64,000 nt of DNA. Source: a virus. The translations under genes were made by a program, and so were the position numbers. The notes beneath the pieces were generated by a model. It did no database searches, was not told where the DNA came from, and saw only the letters and a program-made list of their open reading frames with translations. The stretch covers positions 1 through 64,000 of the IMG/VR virus record IMGVR_UViG_3300032309_000634. One strand, 5' to 3'. How positions within the stretch are numbered: position 1 is the first letter of the stretch; each line of letters starts with the position of its first letter. Positions 9,521-20,400 of this stretch are shown piece after piece.

Positions 9521-12500
9521 TTATACCTCACTCAAATAAATAGTCATAGAAGGGCCATCTTGACTTCTGCTGTAATTAATATTATATATAACAAACCTTG
9601 TAGAGTCTGCTGTCACTAAATCTAATCCATCAGAATCTTTATAGTCTAGAGTAACAATATCTCCTAATTGTAATGTTGGTATGCTAAAAATGTTAGCTCC
9701 AACTATTTTTTTAGGCTCCATCACTTTATTTATAATCCAGTTCATAAGGGATTCTGCGCTATCTTGTGTCTGAATATATTGGCTATCAATAGAAAATTCA
9801 TTTTTGCCATACGTCATTCTGCTTTGTCTAATTCTGTCATATTTTTCTTTTTCAATAAAAGGAGAAATTATTTGATTTGTATCAGTTAATTCTGGATCTG
9901 CCATATTGCTACGCTTTTTAAAAAATTCATCAACCGTTAGTTCATGTGTTGTGTCTTGGGTAAATGTTATTCCTTGAATTCTTAAAAAGCTTCCTGTGGT
10001 TTCATCTAGATTAATTGCTTTATCTGTAGAGTTAAACACTAAAAACTCTGCGCCATAGGAGTCTGCTTGGAAGCCAGAAACCATATATGATTTAATTCTA
10101 TTAAAGGTTGGAGAGATTTGAGCATAAAGAGCTGGGTAAGCTCGATCATATTTAATATCAAAATACGCACACTCTCTCATGATTGATCCAAACTCTTCAA
10201 AATACATATTATATTTTGGTGGCTGTTGAGAACTTATTCCACCAAGGTAAGTAGATTGAACTACACCACTCATAGCATACTTTCTAAATGATTCATTTGC
10301 ATCAATGTCTTTATCCCCAAAAGCTTTAGAGATTGTTTCTCCAACATTAAAAGATGTGTTTTGAGAATAGTTTTGAGATAGCGCATATACATTTTCAAAC
10401 ATACATCTAGAGGATCCACGAATAAATAAAGCCATATTGTTATAGATTGGTAGAGGGTCTGTGTCATCTACTATCTGGATTAGCTTATTATTAATATAAA
10501 GATAGAATCTTCTTACTTTACCAATGTCTTCGTATTCTACTGATAAATCGTATACCGTTGGATTTTCTTCTCCAGCAAGTCTATATTGTCCAGTAAAAGA
10601 TCCGTCATCAATTAATATTTTTCCTAAGCCTCCCCATAACTTTACAGGAATAGCTTTAGAACTTGACGCATCTTTTTTGATTTTATAAAAAACAATATTA
10701 TCTATAGCGATGTTTGTGTTTCCAGCATTGTCAAACTTAAGGTATGATTCAATGTTGTTTTCAGTAAGTGCTGTAATTTCAAAATAATATCCATTGTTTG
10801 TTTCTGGATTAAGAAGTACTGCTATTCCTCCTCCTGCACCACCAATATTAACATTCTGATCTGTTTTACTTCCAGTAATCTGATAGTATGGTGTACTTCC
10901 AACAGGTGTTTGAAACTTGGTAGAATTGTTTTCAACTTTTCCAACAATACGAACTCTAGTTCCAAAATGCTTATACGCATTGTCTAACTTTTTATAAACA
11001 TAAGATACAAAACTAATTGGATTTTCTGTGCTTTTAAAAGAAGGTCCATTCATTACAAGTGCTGAAGATTGAACTGTTCCAGACTGGGTTGACTGTAAAT
11101 TATTTACAGAAGTTTCAGTCAAATAAGCTGTTGACATAAAGTTTTTAATAATTCCATTTCGTGTTGTTTTTTTTGCTAGAACATCATTTACTCCAGCAGC
11201 ACCTACTACTGTTGTTGGTCTGGTAATATTATTTATTAATGTATTAGTAAATAGATAATTAGAATCCATATTGCAGCCTCTAACGTAATCATTGTTTGAC
11301 CAATACGGATCAGCGCCAGCTGTATGAGAAGTCCGTATAGTATTAAACTGACCACGACCATGATCAACTACTGGCCCATTCTTAAGCCTAACAATATTTC
11401 CAATTGTTTCATAATATGGTGTTGCATAAATTCTAACTAAGCCAGTAGGGTAGATCTTTCCGTTAAATGGAAGTGATGAAAAATATCTTTGATACTCTTC
11501 GTTATTACTAATCCAAACATTTCCAGTTCCTGTAATATTGTATTGAACAGCATCATACTTAATTATCTCTCCATTAGAGTAAAAGTATCCTTGATTTCTT
11601 GTTAACCAATAAATATTTTCTCCAAAATCAATTATGTTATTAACTAGAACTCCAGAAACAACTTGTGGTTCAGTTGAAGATAGATTAGAATTTAATGGCA
11701 TCGCACCTAGCACATAACTTCCTTGTTTTGATGCTAACTCATTAATAGTTTTTGTGTTTTCTGTTCCAGCAACTTCCCATAACAAAGATGGTTTATATAT
11801 CCAAGTTCTTTCATTATCAATTAAGCTTGCTTGCTTTAATTTACCCAAAGATCTTTGAATATATCTTTCTGTATAGTTAATTTTTCCATCATTATAAATC
11901 TTTTTATCTTGTGAAGCAATAGAAATTAGGTTTGGCTGTTTTCCTGAAGAAACATTTTCTATTTCTCCAGTATCTGTTTGATTGTTTGATCCAGAAATTA
12001 CAAAATCTGTTGCTCTTTGAGATGTTGTTGGCATTAAGTAATCTTTACTCATAACAATAAAATTATTATTTTCATCAAAAAACATTGAGCTTTGACTTGC
12101 TCTAGCTAACTCATTTAAAACTTCCGCAACATTTTGATCTGGGGCAATAAAGAAAAATGGAATAACCATTTCAGATTCCCCAACAGTTCTTTTAAAAGAA
12201 TAATTACTAAATCCAATATAGTCAAGAATTAAACTAACAGCATAACTTAAAGATGTTTCTGTAGTTAATAATCTTGGTGCAGGCATTGATTCTAAGAAAA
12301 AGAATAGGTCTCTTAGTGTTAACGAAAGCGTAGCACCATTGTCATTAGCTTGTGGAACTCCTTCTGAATACAAAGTTTTTATAGGAACAAAATAGTCAAA
12401 ACCATTAACATCTAAAACAACTTCGTAAAAATTAAATTTAATGTTTTTTCTAATATATTTAGAGATAATGCTTGATGTATTATTTTCATTAAAGGCTTGA

Positions 12501-13846
12501 TCATAATCAAATATGTCTAAGGTTCCAGTTGAAGCTAAAAGTTGTCCAACAGGCATTGATGTAATTCCAACATCTGATAAAATTTTTGTAATCTGAAAGT
12601 CGGTAACTTTGTCTGAAATGTCAACTACTAATCTTGGCGACATTTCAATTAAATCAAAGGTAGAGTCAAACTTATTCATTGACTCTACAACAATTCTTAT
12701 ACCACGAACATAATCAAATTCACGATAAACAATTGATTGATTAGCAGTACTTATAAAAAAATCTTGGTTTGTTAGATCTTTAATAAAATTAGTTTGAGAG
12801 TTAACTTCTTCTGAGCCAAGAAACCAACCATAATTTGGAACAAAAGTTTCATATTCTGATGTTGTTGAATTCCAAACATGAAATGTTCCAACATCTGATG
12901 GATTCTCTTGAACTAAATACGCATAACCATTATATGATTTTTGAGGAAGTAAGGTTGTTGATGAAATTTTTTCTGCGTACACAAAAATAGATTTATATTT
13001 ATCTGGAATGATTACTCCATAATGTAATTCTAAATATCCGTCTGGACCTATAATGCTAGATCCGTCTTGTCTTAAAGAATTTTCATTAAATAAATAAGCA
13101 TCTACCCAGTTATTATTTTTTAGATATTGAACTTTCCATCTTTTTGGTGTTGTTTGATTAATATTTCCGTGTAATGGATCTTCAATTGATCTAGATCCAT
13201 TGCTAAATGGTCCAAGATTTACTGTTCCTACATTTGTTTGCATCTTTACAATAAGCCTATTTGCTGGAACTGGATTTTTATATACAACAAAAGGAGCCGT
13301 ATCGTCAATATAATAGTTTCCATTTGTTATATTTTTTGCAATTCCATACTCACTATTGTTTTCTGTTCTATATGAAGTCCAATATTTAAATTGATCATGC
13401 CTTGAAGCCATATAGTATCTTGGTCGCTCAGCAAGTCTTGCTCCAGAATTAGCTAAAAACCTGTTATTAAAATATGATGCTTTATTTATTCCAGACCTAG
13501 GTCTAAATGGCTTAATGCAATCTTCTAAAGAATAGATCATCTTCATCTTATCTTTGGTAGATTTAAATGTTTGGGGGATTGGATTATCTATATCATCATT
13601 AAAACCACTATTAACTACTACGTTAGAATCAGTGGCTCCAGTATAGTACCCTCCAGAATCGAGCTGGTCAAAGTCTATAGGAAGTGTAAAAAACTTACTA
13701 GATGGGGTTGTGGGTCTATATCGGTAATTTCCCAGTTTAAAGACATTATCTGGCATATTCATGTTCCACTCAGCCAGAACCAAACTCTTTAGCCTAATGG
13801 TCGCTGATGCCTCTAGATGACCCTTCAGTGCCTCACTTACAAACAC
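9521..13846 (-). CDS. Large tail-tip / baseplate hub-like protein
   Basis: 1441 aa, second gene after the TMP; C-terminal PTLQLGDIVTL..FVIYNINYS hub-like ending. Confidence 0.7.
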   Translation of the reverse strand: MFVSEALKGHLEASATIRLKSLVLAEWNMNMPDNVFKLGNYRYRPTTPSSKFFTLPIDFDQLDSGGYYTGATDSNVVVNSGFNDDIDNPIPQTFKSTKDKMKMIYSLEDCIKPFRPRSGINKASYFNNRFLANSGARLAERPRYYMASRHDQFKYWTSYRTENNSEYGIAKNITNGNYYIDDTAPFVVYKNPVPANRLIVKMQTNVGTVNLGPFSNGSRSIEDPLHGNINQTTPKRWKVQYLKNNNWVDAYLFNENSLRQDGSSIIGPDGYLELHYGVIIPDKYKSIFVYAEKISSTTLLPQKSYNGYAYLVQENPSDVGTFHVWNSTTSEYETFVPNYGWFLGSEEVNSQTNFIKDLTNQDFFISTANQSIVYREFDYVRGIRIVVESMNKFDSTFDLIEMSPRLVVDISDKVTDFQITKILSDVGITSMPVGQLLASTGTLDIFDYDQAFNENNTSSIISKYIRKNIKFNFYEVVLDVNGFDYFVPIKTLYSEGVPQANDNGATLSLTLRDLFFFLESMPAPRLLTTETSLSYAVSLILDYIGFSNYSFKRTVGESEMVIPFFFIAPDQNVAEVLNELARASQSSMFFDENNNFIVMSKDYLMPTTSQRATDFVISGSNNQTDTGEIENVSSGKQPNLISIASQDKKIYNDGKINYTERYIQRSLGKLKQASLIDNERTWIYKPSLLWEVAGTENTKTINELASKQGSYVLGAMPLNSNLSSTEPQVVSGVLVNNIIDFGENIYWLTRNQGYFYSNGEIIKYDAVQYNITGTGNVWISNNEEYQRYFSSLPFNGKIYPTGLVRIYATPYYETIGNIVRLKNGPVVDHGRGQFNTIRTSHTAGADPYWSNNDYVRGCNMDSNYLFTNTLINNITRPTTVVGAAGVNDVLAKKTTRNGIIKNFMSTAYLTETSVNNLQSTQSGTVQSSALVMNGPSFKSTENPISFVSYVYKKLDNAYKHFGTRVRIVGKVENNSTKFQTPVGSTPYYQITGSKTDQNVNIGGAGGGIAVLLNPETNNGYYFEITALTENNIESYLKFDNAGNTNIAIDNIVFYKIKKDASSSKAIPVKLWGGLGKILIDDGSFTGQYRLAGEENPTVYDLSVEYEDIGKVRRFYLYINNKLIQIVDDTDPLPIYNNMALFIRGSSRCMFENVYALSQNYSQNTSFNVGETISKAFGDKDIDANESFRKYAMSGVVQSTYLGGISSQQPPKYNMYFEEFGSIMRECAYFDIKYDRAYPALYAQISPTFNRIKSYMVSGFQADSYGAEFLVFNSTDKAINLDETTGSFLRIQGITFTQDTTHELTVDEFFKKRSNMADPELTDTNQIISPFIEKEKYDRIRQSRMTYGKNEFSIDSQYIQTQDSAESLMNWIINKVMEPKKIVGANIFSIPTLQLGDIVTLDYKDSDGLDLVTADSTRFVIYNINYSRSQDGPSMTIYLSEV

Positions 13847-14491
13847 TTAAACCTCTTCCAGGGTTACGGATACATTCCAAAGATCCATGTTGGTACCGCC
13901 ACGCTTTTGAACAGAATATGAGAAATCAGATATATAGACTTCCATAATTTGGCTATACTGATTTAGATGATTAAACTGGTTTTGGTCTTCTGTAAAGTTT
14001 TTATATTTATCATATGATAGAAATATCCAAAAAGGTCCTTTATGGTTTTCATACCAGTCTAGAAGTTCTGCTCCACCTGCACCGCCATCTACTGTAAATT
14101 CTTGAGATGGGCTTTGACCTTTATAGGGGGATATTCCAGTTGTAATTCCAAAATCTGCAACATTGGGATATGCTCTTGATGGTAGATTATCCCATGATGT
14201 AGCAATTGTTATCTTATCTGCAATATGGTATGATCTCATTCTTCCATTAATTGTTCTTTCACGCTTTTCAATACGAATAGGCTTGAACTCAATAGGCTGT
14301 CTATTATGATCTGAGATTATTAAAAACTGGTCTATCTCTGAGGTTGCAGCATCTTCTGGTGCATTAGCCCCTACTTCATATCCAATTGGGACATAAAGAC
14401 CATTTGATAGTGTACCAGCATTGTTAGACCATAGCATTGCCTGTGGTCTTTGATACCTGCGTCTTCCAGATAGGTATGCTGCTGTTGCCAT
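13847..14491 (-). CDS. Distal tail (Dit-like) protein
   Basis: Immediately after the TMP; ends WNVSVTLEEV like tube-fold Dit proteins. Confidence 0.6.
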   Translation of the reverse strand: MATAAYLSGRRRYQRPQAMLWSNNAGTLSNGLYVPIGYEVGANAPEDAATSEIDQFLIISDHNRQPIEFKPIRIEKRERTINGRMRSYHIADKITIATSWDNLPSRAYPNVADFGITTGISPYKGQSPSQEFTVDGGAGGAELLDWYENHKGPFWIFLSYDKYKNFTEDQNQFNHLNQYSQIMEVYISDFSYSVQKRGGTNMDLWNVSVTLEEV

Positions 14492-17400
14492 TATCGTTGT
14501 CCTCTAACTCTTTGTCCATCAATATATTTAATCTTCTGCATTACTGTGCTAGCAATATCATCGGCATTTAAATTATTACCGTTGACATTTACACTTAAAC
14601 TATAATTATACACTGAAGAATCTGGAGACATACCACTATTTATCTTTGATAGATTCTTTACTCCATATGAATCTACTGCTGACTTTTTAATAACAAATTC
14701 TCCTGGGGTAAGCATAGCTGGGATAGTGTCAGTTCCCATAGCGTAACCACCTGAAGCAAATAATTGAGGAATTAGGCCACCAGAACTTGCTGTAATATAT
14801 CTATTCCATTTTGTTCCACCTGGCAAGTTAGGTAACCAAACTGGAACTCCATTAACTGCTAATCCTACTATATTGTTATTATTTAGCAAATTACCAGAAT
14901 ATGGCTGACCATCAACAGTAAAAAATTTTTGATTCGATGGGCCATAAGAACTAATTCCACCAGCCTTATCAACAAGTGCATCTTTACTATTTCCAACTTG
15001 ACCATGATTAGCGTAAAAGTCTTTGTAAGAATTTAGATAGTTAGCATCGTAGTTAGCATCTGCTCCCTTGGCAATGCTTTCCCTATCTCCTGTATATCCA
15101 CTATTAACGGCATCTGCTCTGGCTTCATATAATTGTTTATCGGTCATTGATGAATATTTTTTATATTCTGCTATTCCAGCTGCAATAGCTTCTTGTGCTG
15201 AAAGAAATTCTGTTGCTGCAGCATTAGCTGCATCAACTACTGTAGTAAGTGCTTCTGCAGTTTTGGTAGTTCCAGCAATTAAAGCATCTGAAGTTTTAAC
15301 TGAATAATCAGCATCTAAAGCGATAATACTGGCGTTATATGCTGCTAGATCAGCATCAAGCATAGCTTGATTTGCTGCTAAAGCTGCAGCCAAGGCTGCA
15401 TCAAATGCTGATTCTGCTGCTGCTATTGCGGCATCGGCTGCTGCAGTTGTTGCTGCGTCCGCTGCATCAAGTATTTTTTGAGCAGCGGCTTTTTCTGCTG
15501 CGGTCTTTGCGTCAGCTAGTGCTTTATCTGCTGCTTCTTTTTCTTCTGCTTTCTTTTTAGCAGCTGCAACAAGAGCATCAGCTTCTGCTTGAGCCTTATC
15601 AGATGCAGCTTGAGCATCTGCAATAATTTTATTTGCTGCTGCTGTAGCATCTGCAGTAATTTTATCGGCAGCAGCTTTTGCATCAGCTTCTGATTTAGCT
15701 ACATCTATTTTACTTCCAGAAGCAGTAACAATACTTTGTGCGGTGGTTGTAATTTTAGAGTCTTTTGCAGGGGTTGCAGCATAGGCCCCAATTTTTGTCA
15801 TGATACTTGTCCACTCAGCATTGATTGCTGTTGATGCTGCTAATAGCCCAGCAAAAGCGGTATCTAAATCTTTACGGGATAAATCATAAGCCTTTACCTT
15901 AGCTTCAATAGCAGTCCAAGCTTCTCTAGTTCTTCCAAGAACTTCAATTTCTTTTTCTAGTTTTTCAAGTCTTGCTTCAATGATTTCATTTTCATTATTT
16001 AAAGCAGCAATCATTCTTTCTTTATCTACAATATTATCTTTAGTAATTTTAGCAATTTCAGTTTCATAGGCTTGAACTTGCTCTAAAGCTATAGATCTTG
16101 CTTGTTCAAGAGTATAGATACTATTGGTTTTAGCTTTAATTTGATCCTGAATTGATAATTTTTTAGGATCAGTATCTAAACTATAAATCTTTTGAGAAAG
16201 TTCAAATTGTCTTTGTTTAATCTCTTCTTGTGTAAGAAGACCAAGTTCAATTTTATTTCCAGTTACTGGATCTATAGCAATTCTTGAAGCACTTAAAATT
16301 CCTTCTATATCATCTTTTCTTGATTTCTCTAAAGCTTTTTGTGAATTAGACTGAGCAAGTTCAACATTGCTTCTACGAACATCTTGCATTGCTTTAGCAG
16401 CAGCTGAGATGTCTCCACTTGAAAGTGCAGCAGCTAGTCCTATTCTATTTTCTTCTTGTTTTAAAATTGCATCATTAATATCTTTTATAGTTTCAAGAGC
16501 TTTTGCTTGTTTGTCATACTCTTTAGTTATTAGCTCTGATGCATTGTTGACAACATCTAAGTCATTTGATAGTGCGCTTAATTCATCCTGCAGTTCTTTA
16601 ATTGGTTCGTTAAACCTAACTTCAATTTCACGCTGTAAATCATTAATTTCTTTTTGATATTTATCAACCTTTTGGCTAATGTTAAGGGCAACCGATGCTT
16701 GAATATCATTAATCTTATATTGTAGTTGTTCAATCTGTGCTTCGTATGGTCTAAGTTGTGCTTGTAGTTCTTTGATTTTTGATTCATTAGCTGCAAGTTG
16801 TGCAACATCTTTGGTGCTTCTAGGATCTACACCAGTTCTAATTAGATCTTCCTGTACCGCAAACATTTGGTTAACCATGTCAAGACCAGAAGATGCAACC
16901 TGTCCAAATTCTCCCTTGTTAAAATTAATTTGAATGTCAATCAGTTTCTTAGATTCAATATCTTTTAGGTATTCGGAGATTGCTCCTGTTGAACCTTCAA
17001 TGGCTGCTATATCAATTTTGCCATTTTTAATGTTTTGCGTAAACTGCTTAAGCATTGCTGGGTTTCCAAGAACTGCATCAATTTGCTCTACAGAATATCC
17101 CATAGATTTCATTGCTTTGGCTACATCTGGAGTTTTCGCAAATACATCAAACTCTGCGTTCTTTGTAAGGGTGTCAGTTATAACCTGCATCTTTTCCATT
17201 GCGCTATTAGCTGCAGCAATGTCTTTAATAAACTTCTTCATTTCATCTGACCCTGCAGCACCAAGGGTTCCAGCAGCAATGGCTGAAGCAAGAGATTGAT
17301 CCTGAATTACTTTTAAGGCATCAGTAACTGACATTCCTGCATCTTTAAGAATCTTAAATGCTTCTTGTTGTTTTTTAATATTGTCTATGCTTTGTGCTGC

Positions 17401-20400
17401 CCCCATTTGAGCCATGCCTATATTTACTGAGTTAAAAGCTTCTGATAACCCCATTAACTCTTTAGACAGTCCAACAATATTGCCATCCTTCATTATGAAG
17501 GGAGTTTCTTTATCCTTTGTATTTGGATTTAAATCCATGCCCTGAAAAGCTTTAAACTCTTCTGCTGACATTCCAGATATTGCATCCATTAATACTGGAG
17601 AAAGATTGCCTTGTAACATTATTTGCTGTAAGCCGTTAAACTTTTCAAACATTCTACCAAGACCTTTTTCAGCATCTTTAGTATTTGCAAAAGCAGACAT
17701 TATAGACTTTAACGGATTAAGTGCGTCAAAAGCCTGATCTCTAAATAATTTTAGCTTCATTCCTAAATCATCAAGGAAGGATGTTGCACTCTTTAGTGTG
17801 TCTGCTGCTTCAGCAGCTGCTCTTTTCTTTGCATCATCTGCAGTTGCTGTGCCAAATATTTGTGGGAGAAAGCGATCAATTGCTTTTTTCTCTGCTGCTG
17901 CAATGTTCTTAGGATCTGCTTTAAATGCTTCTTTATCTAAAGCTTTCTGTCTTTCATAAGCTCTCCTACTCTCGGTGCTACCAAAAGCAACGTCTCCAGC
18001 ATATTGTGGATTCTTTTTTTCAAAAGCTGCTTCAAGTTCTCTGTCGATTATCTTATCAAAACTATCGCTTTGAGTTATTGACCCAACTGTAAACATTGCC
18101 TGGAACTGTAAGTTTTTTGGAAGTTTAGAGATTGCGTTCCAGTTGGTTATTGCTGAATCTAGGGTTAGATTTTTTCCTGCTCCACCTGCAGCTTCTTGCA
18201 TTTTAACAAGAGCTTCTAGAGTAATCTTTCCATCAGGAAATTGCTTTTTAAGTGCTGCAATCTCTTTTCCAACTGCTTTAAGTCTTGGAATGTCGGACTT
18301 GTTTGTTTCAAGGTCTATCTTAATTCCAATAAAGTCTGGAATCTTGCCAAGCTCTTCGACTGCAGACATAGTTGCATCTGCATCATCTTTGTTCATTGTT
18401 TTTATTCCAAGAAGTAGTTCTTTTTGATTTTCTTCTTCTGGAATTAGTGTAAGTATTGTAGAAAGTCTTTGTAGGCCTTCAGTTCCTTGAACTTTAACAA
18501 TAGCATTTAAATCTTTTGTAATGTCCCCACCAGTTTTAGTCATTGTAGAAACAAGGGTAGATGCTTCATTTGGAGTTAAAACATCTGAAGTTACTAATGC
18601 AGAGATCTCAAGGGTGACCTTATCATTTCCAATCTTGTCGAGCTGACTCTGTAGATTGTCCGCTTGTATTTTTAATGGAGCATTGTCTTTAAACTTTTCT
18701 TGCATTCCAACTTTATAAGCTTCCATATACTTATCACGTGCTTGCCCACGACCAGAACCAAGTGGGCTTAAAGTTTCCCCTAGTGATCTTTTTGCAACTT
18801 GATCATACCCAGAAGAAGCAGAACCAAGAATGTCTGCTTGATTTTCTCTTAGTGTTTTTAATCCAGAATCCTTTTTAGAAAGTAGATCGGCTATTTGAGA
18901 ATCTATCTCTGCACGTTCTTTTTCTGTTTTTAATGTTTTCTTTTTAATTTCTAAGTTTGCAATTGCTGAATCGTATTGTGAAGATAGTGCATCGATACTT
19001 CCCTGAGATGCACTTAAATTTTGTGCAACAAGACCTTGCATGATTCCCGCTGCTTTTCCTATTGCTGCTTTTTCTTTACCCTTTTGCCAACTACGAATAG
19101 CTGTTTCAATACCGCCAAAAATAACAGTTGATACTGCTGCTCCAACTAGTGCTGCTGGCACACCAAAACCTGTTGCGCCTACCGCTGCAGATCCAGCAGT
19201 ACCTGCAACTCTTGCTGCTTTTGCAACTTTTAGTGCTGTTCCAATTTTTCCTGATCCTCCTGCACGAGCAAGGGCTGCTTCTTGAGAAAGAAGTGAAGCG
19301 GCACCTACGCCACCTTGAACCATTCTTCCTGCTTGAATTCCAGCTCTTGCTGCAAGGAGTCCGCCACCGATTCCACCTACTGCTAGTTGCCCAAACTCTC
19401 CCTTATTAACCCCAACTTGTTGCTTAGTAACTCGGTTTAAATTGTCAAGAGCAGCCTGTTGTAGATTTTTTCCAGTATTTATTAAATCAACTTGAACTTG
19501 TAATGGATTATTAACAAGATTTTCTCCATTAGGTCCAAGTAACTGAATTAGCCTTCCTCTTACGTCTAGCTCTAGTCTTGCATCTTTTAAGTTTCTGGTT
19601 AGTGCGATTGCAATTGATTCAGCTTGGTCATTAGTTAATACGCCCTGGGATACTGCAGTTCCTAATTGATTTACTAAAGAGTCAACTGCTGATCCTGTAC
19701 CCAAGGTTTTTACTGTTGTTTCAAAACTAGACTTTAGGTTTTTACCAAAATCACTGGTTTCTAAAATGTTATTTCCAAATTCAATACTTACTGGAACTAG
19801 GTCAGTATTTCTTCCAGCTCTTTTTGCTTGCTCTACTTGTGTAACAGACATTGTGTTTGTGATCTTACCAAGAGCTTCAAGCTGATTGGTAGTCATAGTC
19901 ATTGCTTCTGCTTGTTTTTGTCCTTCAATTATATTCCGTTTAATTGTTGAAGATTGAATTTTAAATACCGCAGCAAGTGAAAGTGCTGCTGCGCCAGCAA
20001 TTTTTAAAGGTGAATTAAATATTGACATAAACATTGGAATCAAAGATGCCACAGAAATTGCAACCATATTTTTAGAAAGAAGTTGTCCTGCTGCTGAGTC
20101 AGGCTGGGATGCTGCAATACCTTGAGCAACCATAGGAAGCATCATTGCTGCCATGCCAATACCCATGGATTTTTGTGCAGTATTCATTCTATTTGCTTGA
20201 CGCATATTTATGCGTTCTTCAGGAGTCGCAGTTCTTGTTACTCCCTTATCATCTGTTACAGTGTTTGATACATTGCCAAACCCATTAAGCCAGCCACGGA
20301 AACCTCTGGTTTTATCTTTTCCAAAAGACTCTGTTGTTCCAGATACAGCCTTGTCAAGTTTTTCAACCTTTGGGGTAGTTTTTTCAAACTTACTTCCAAG

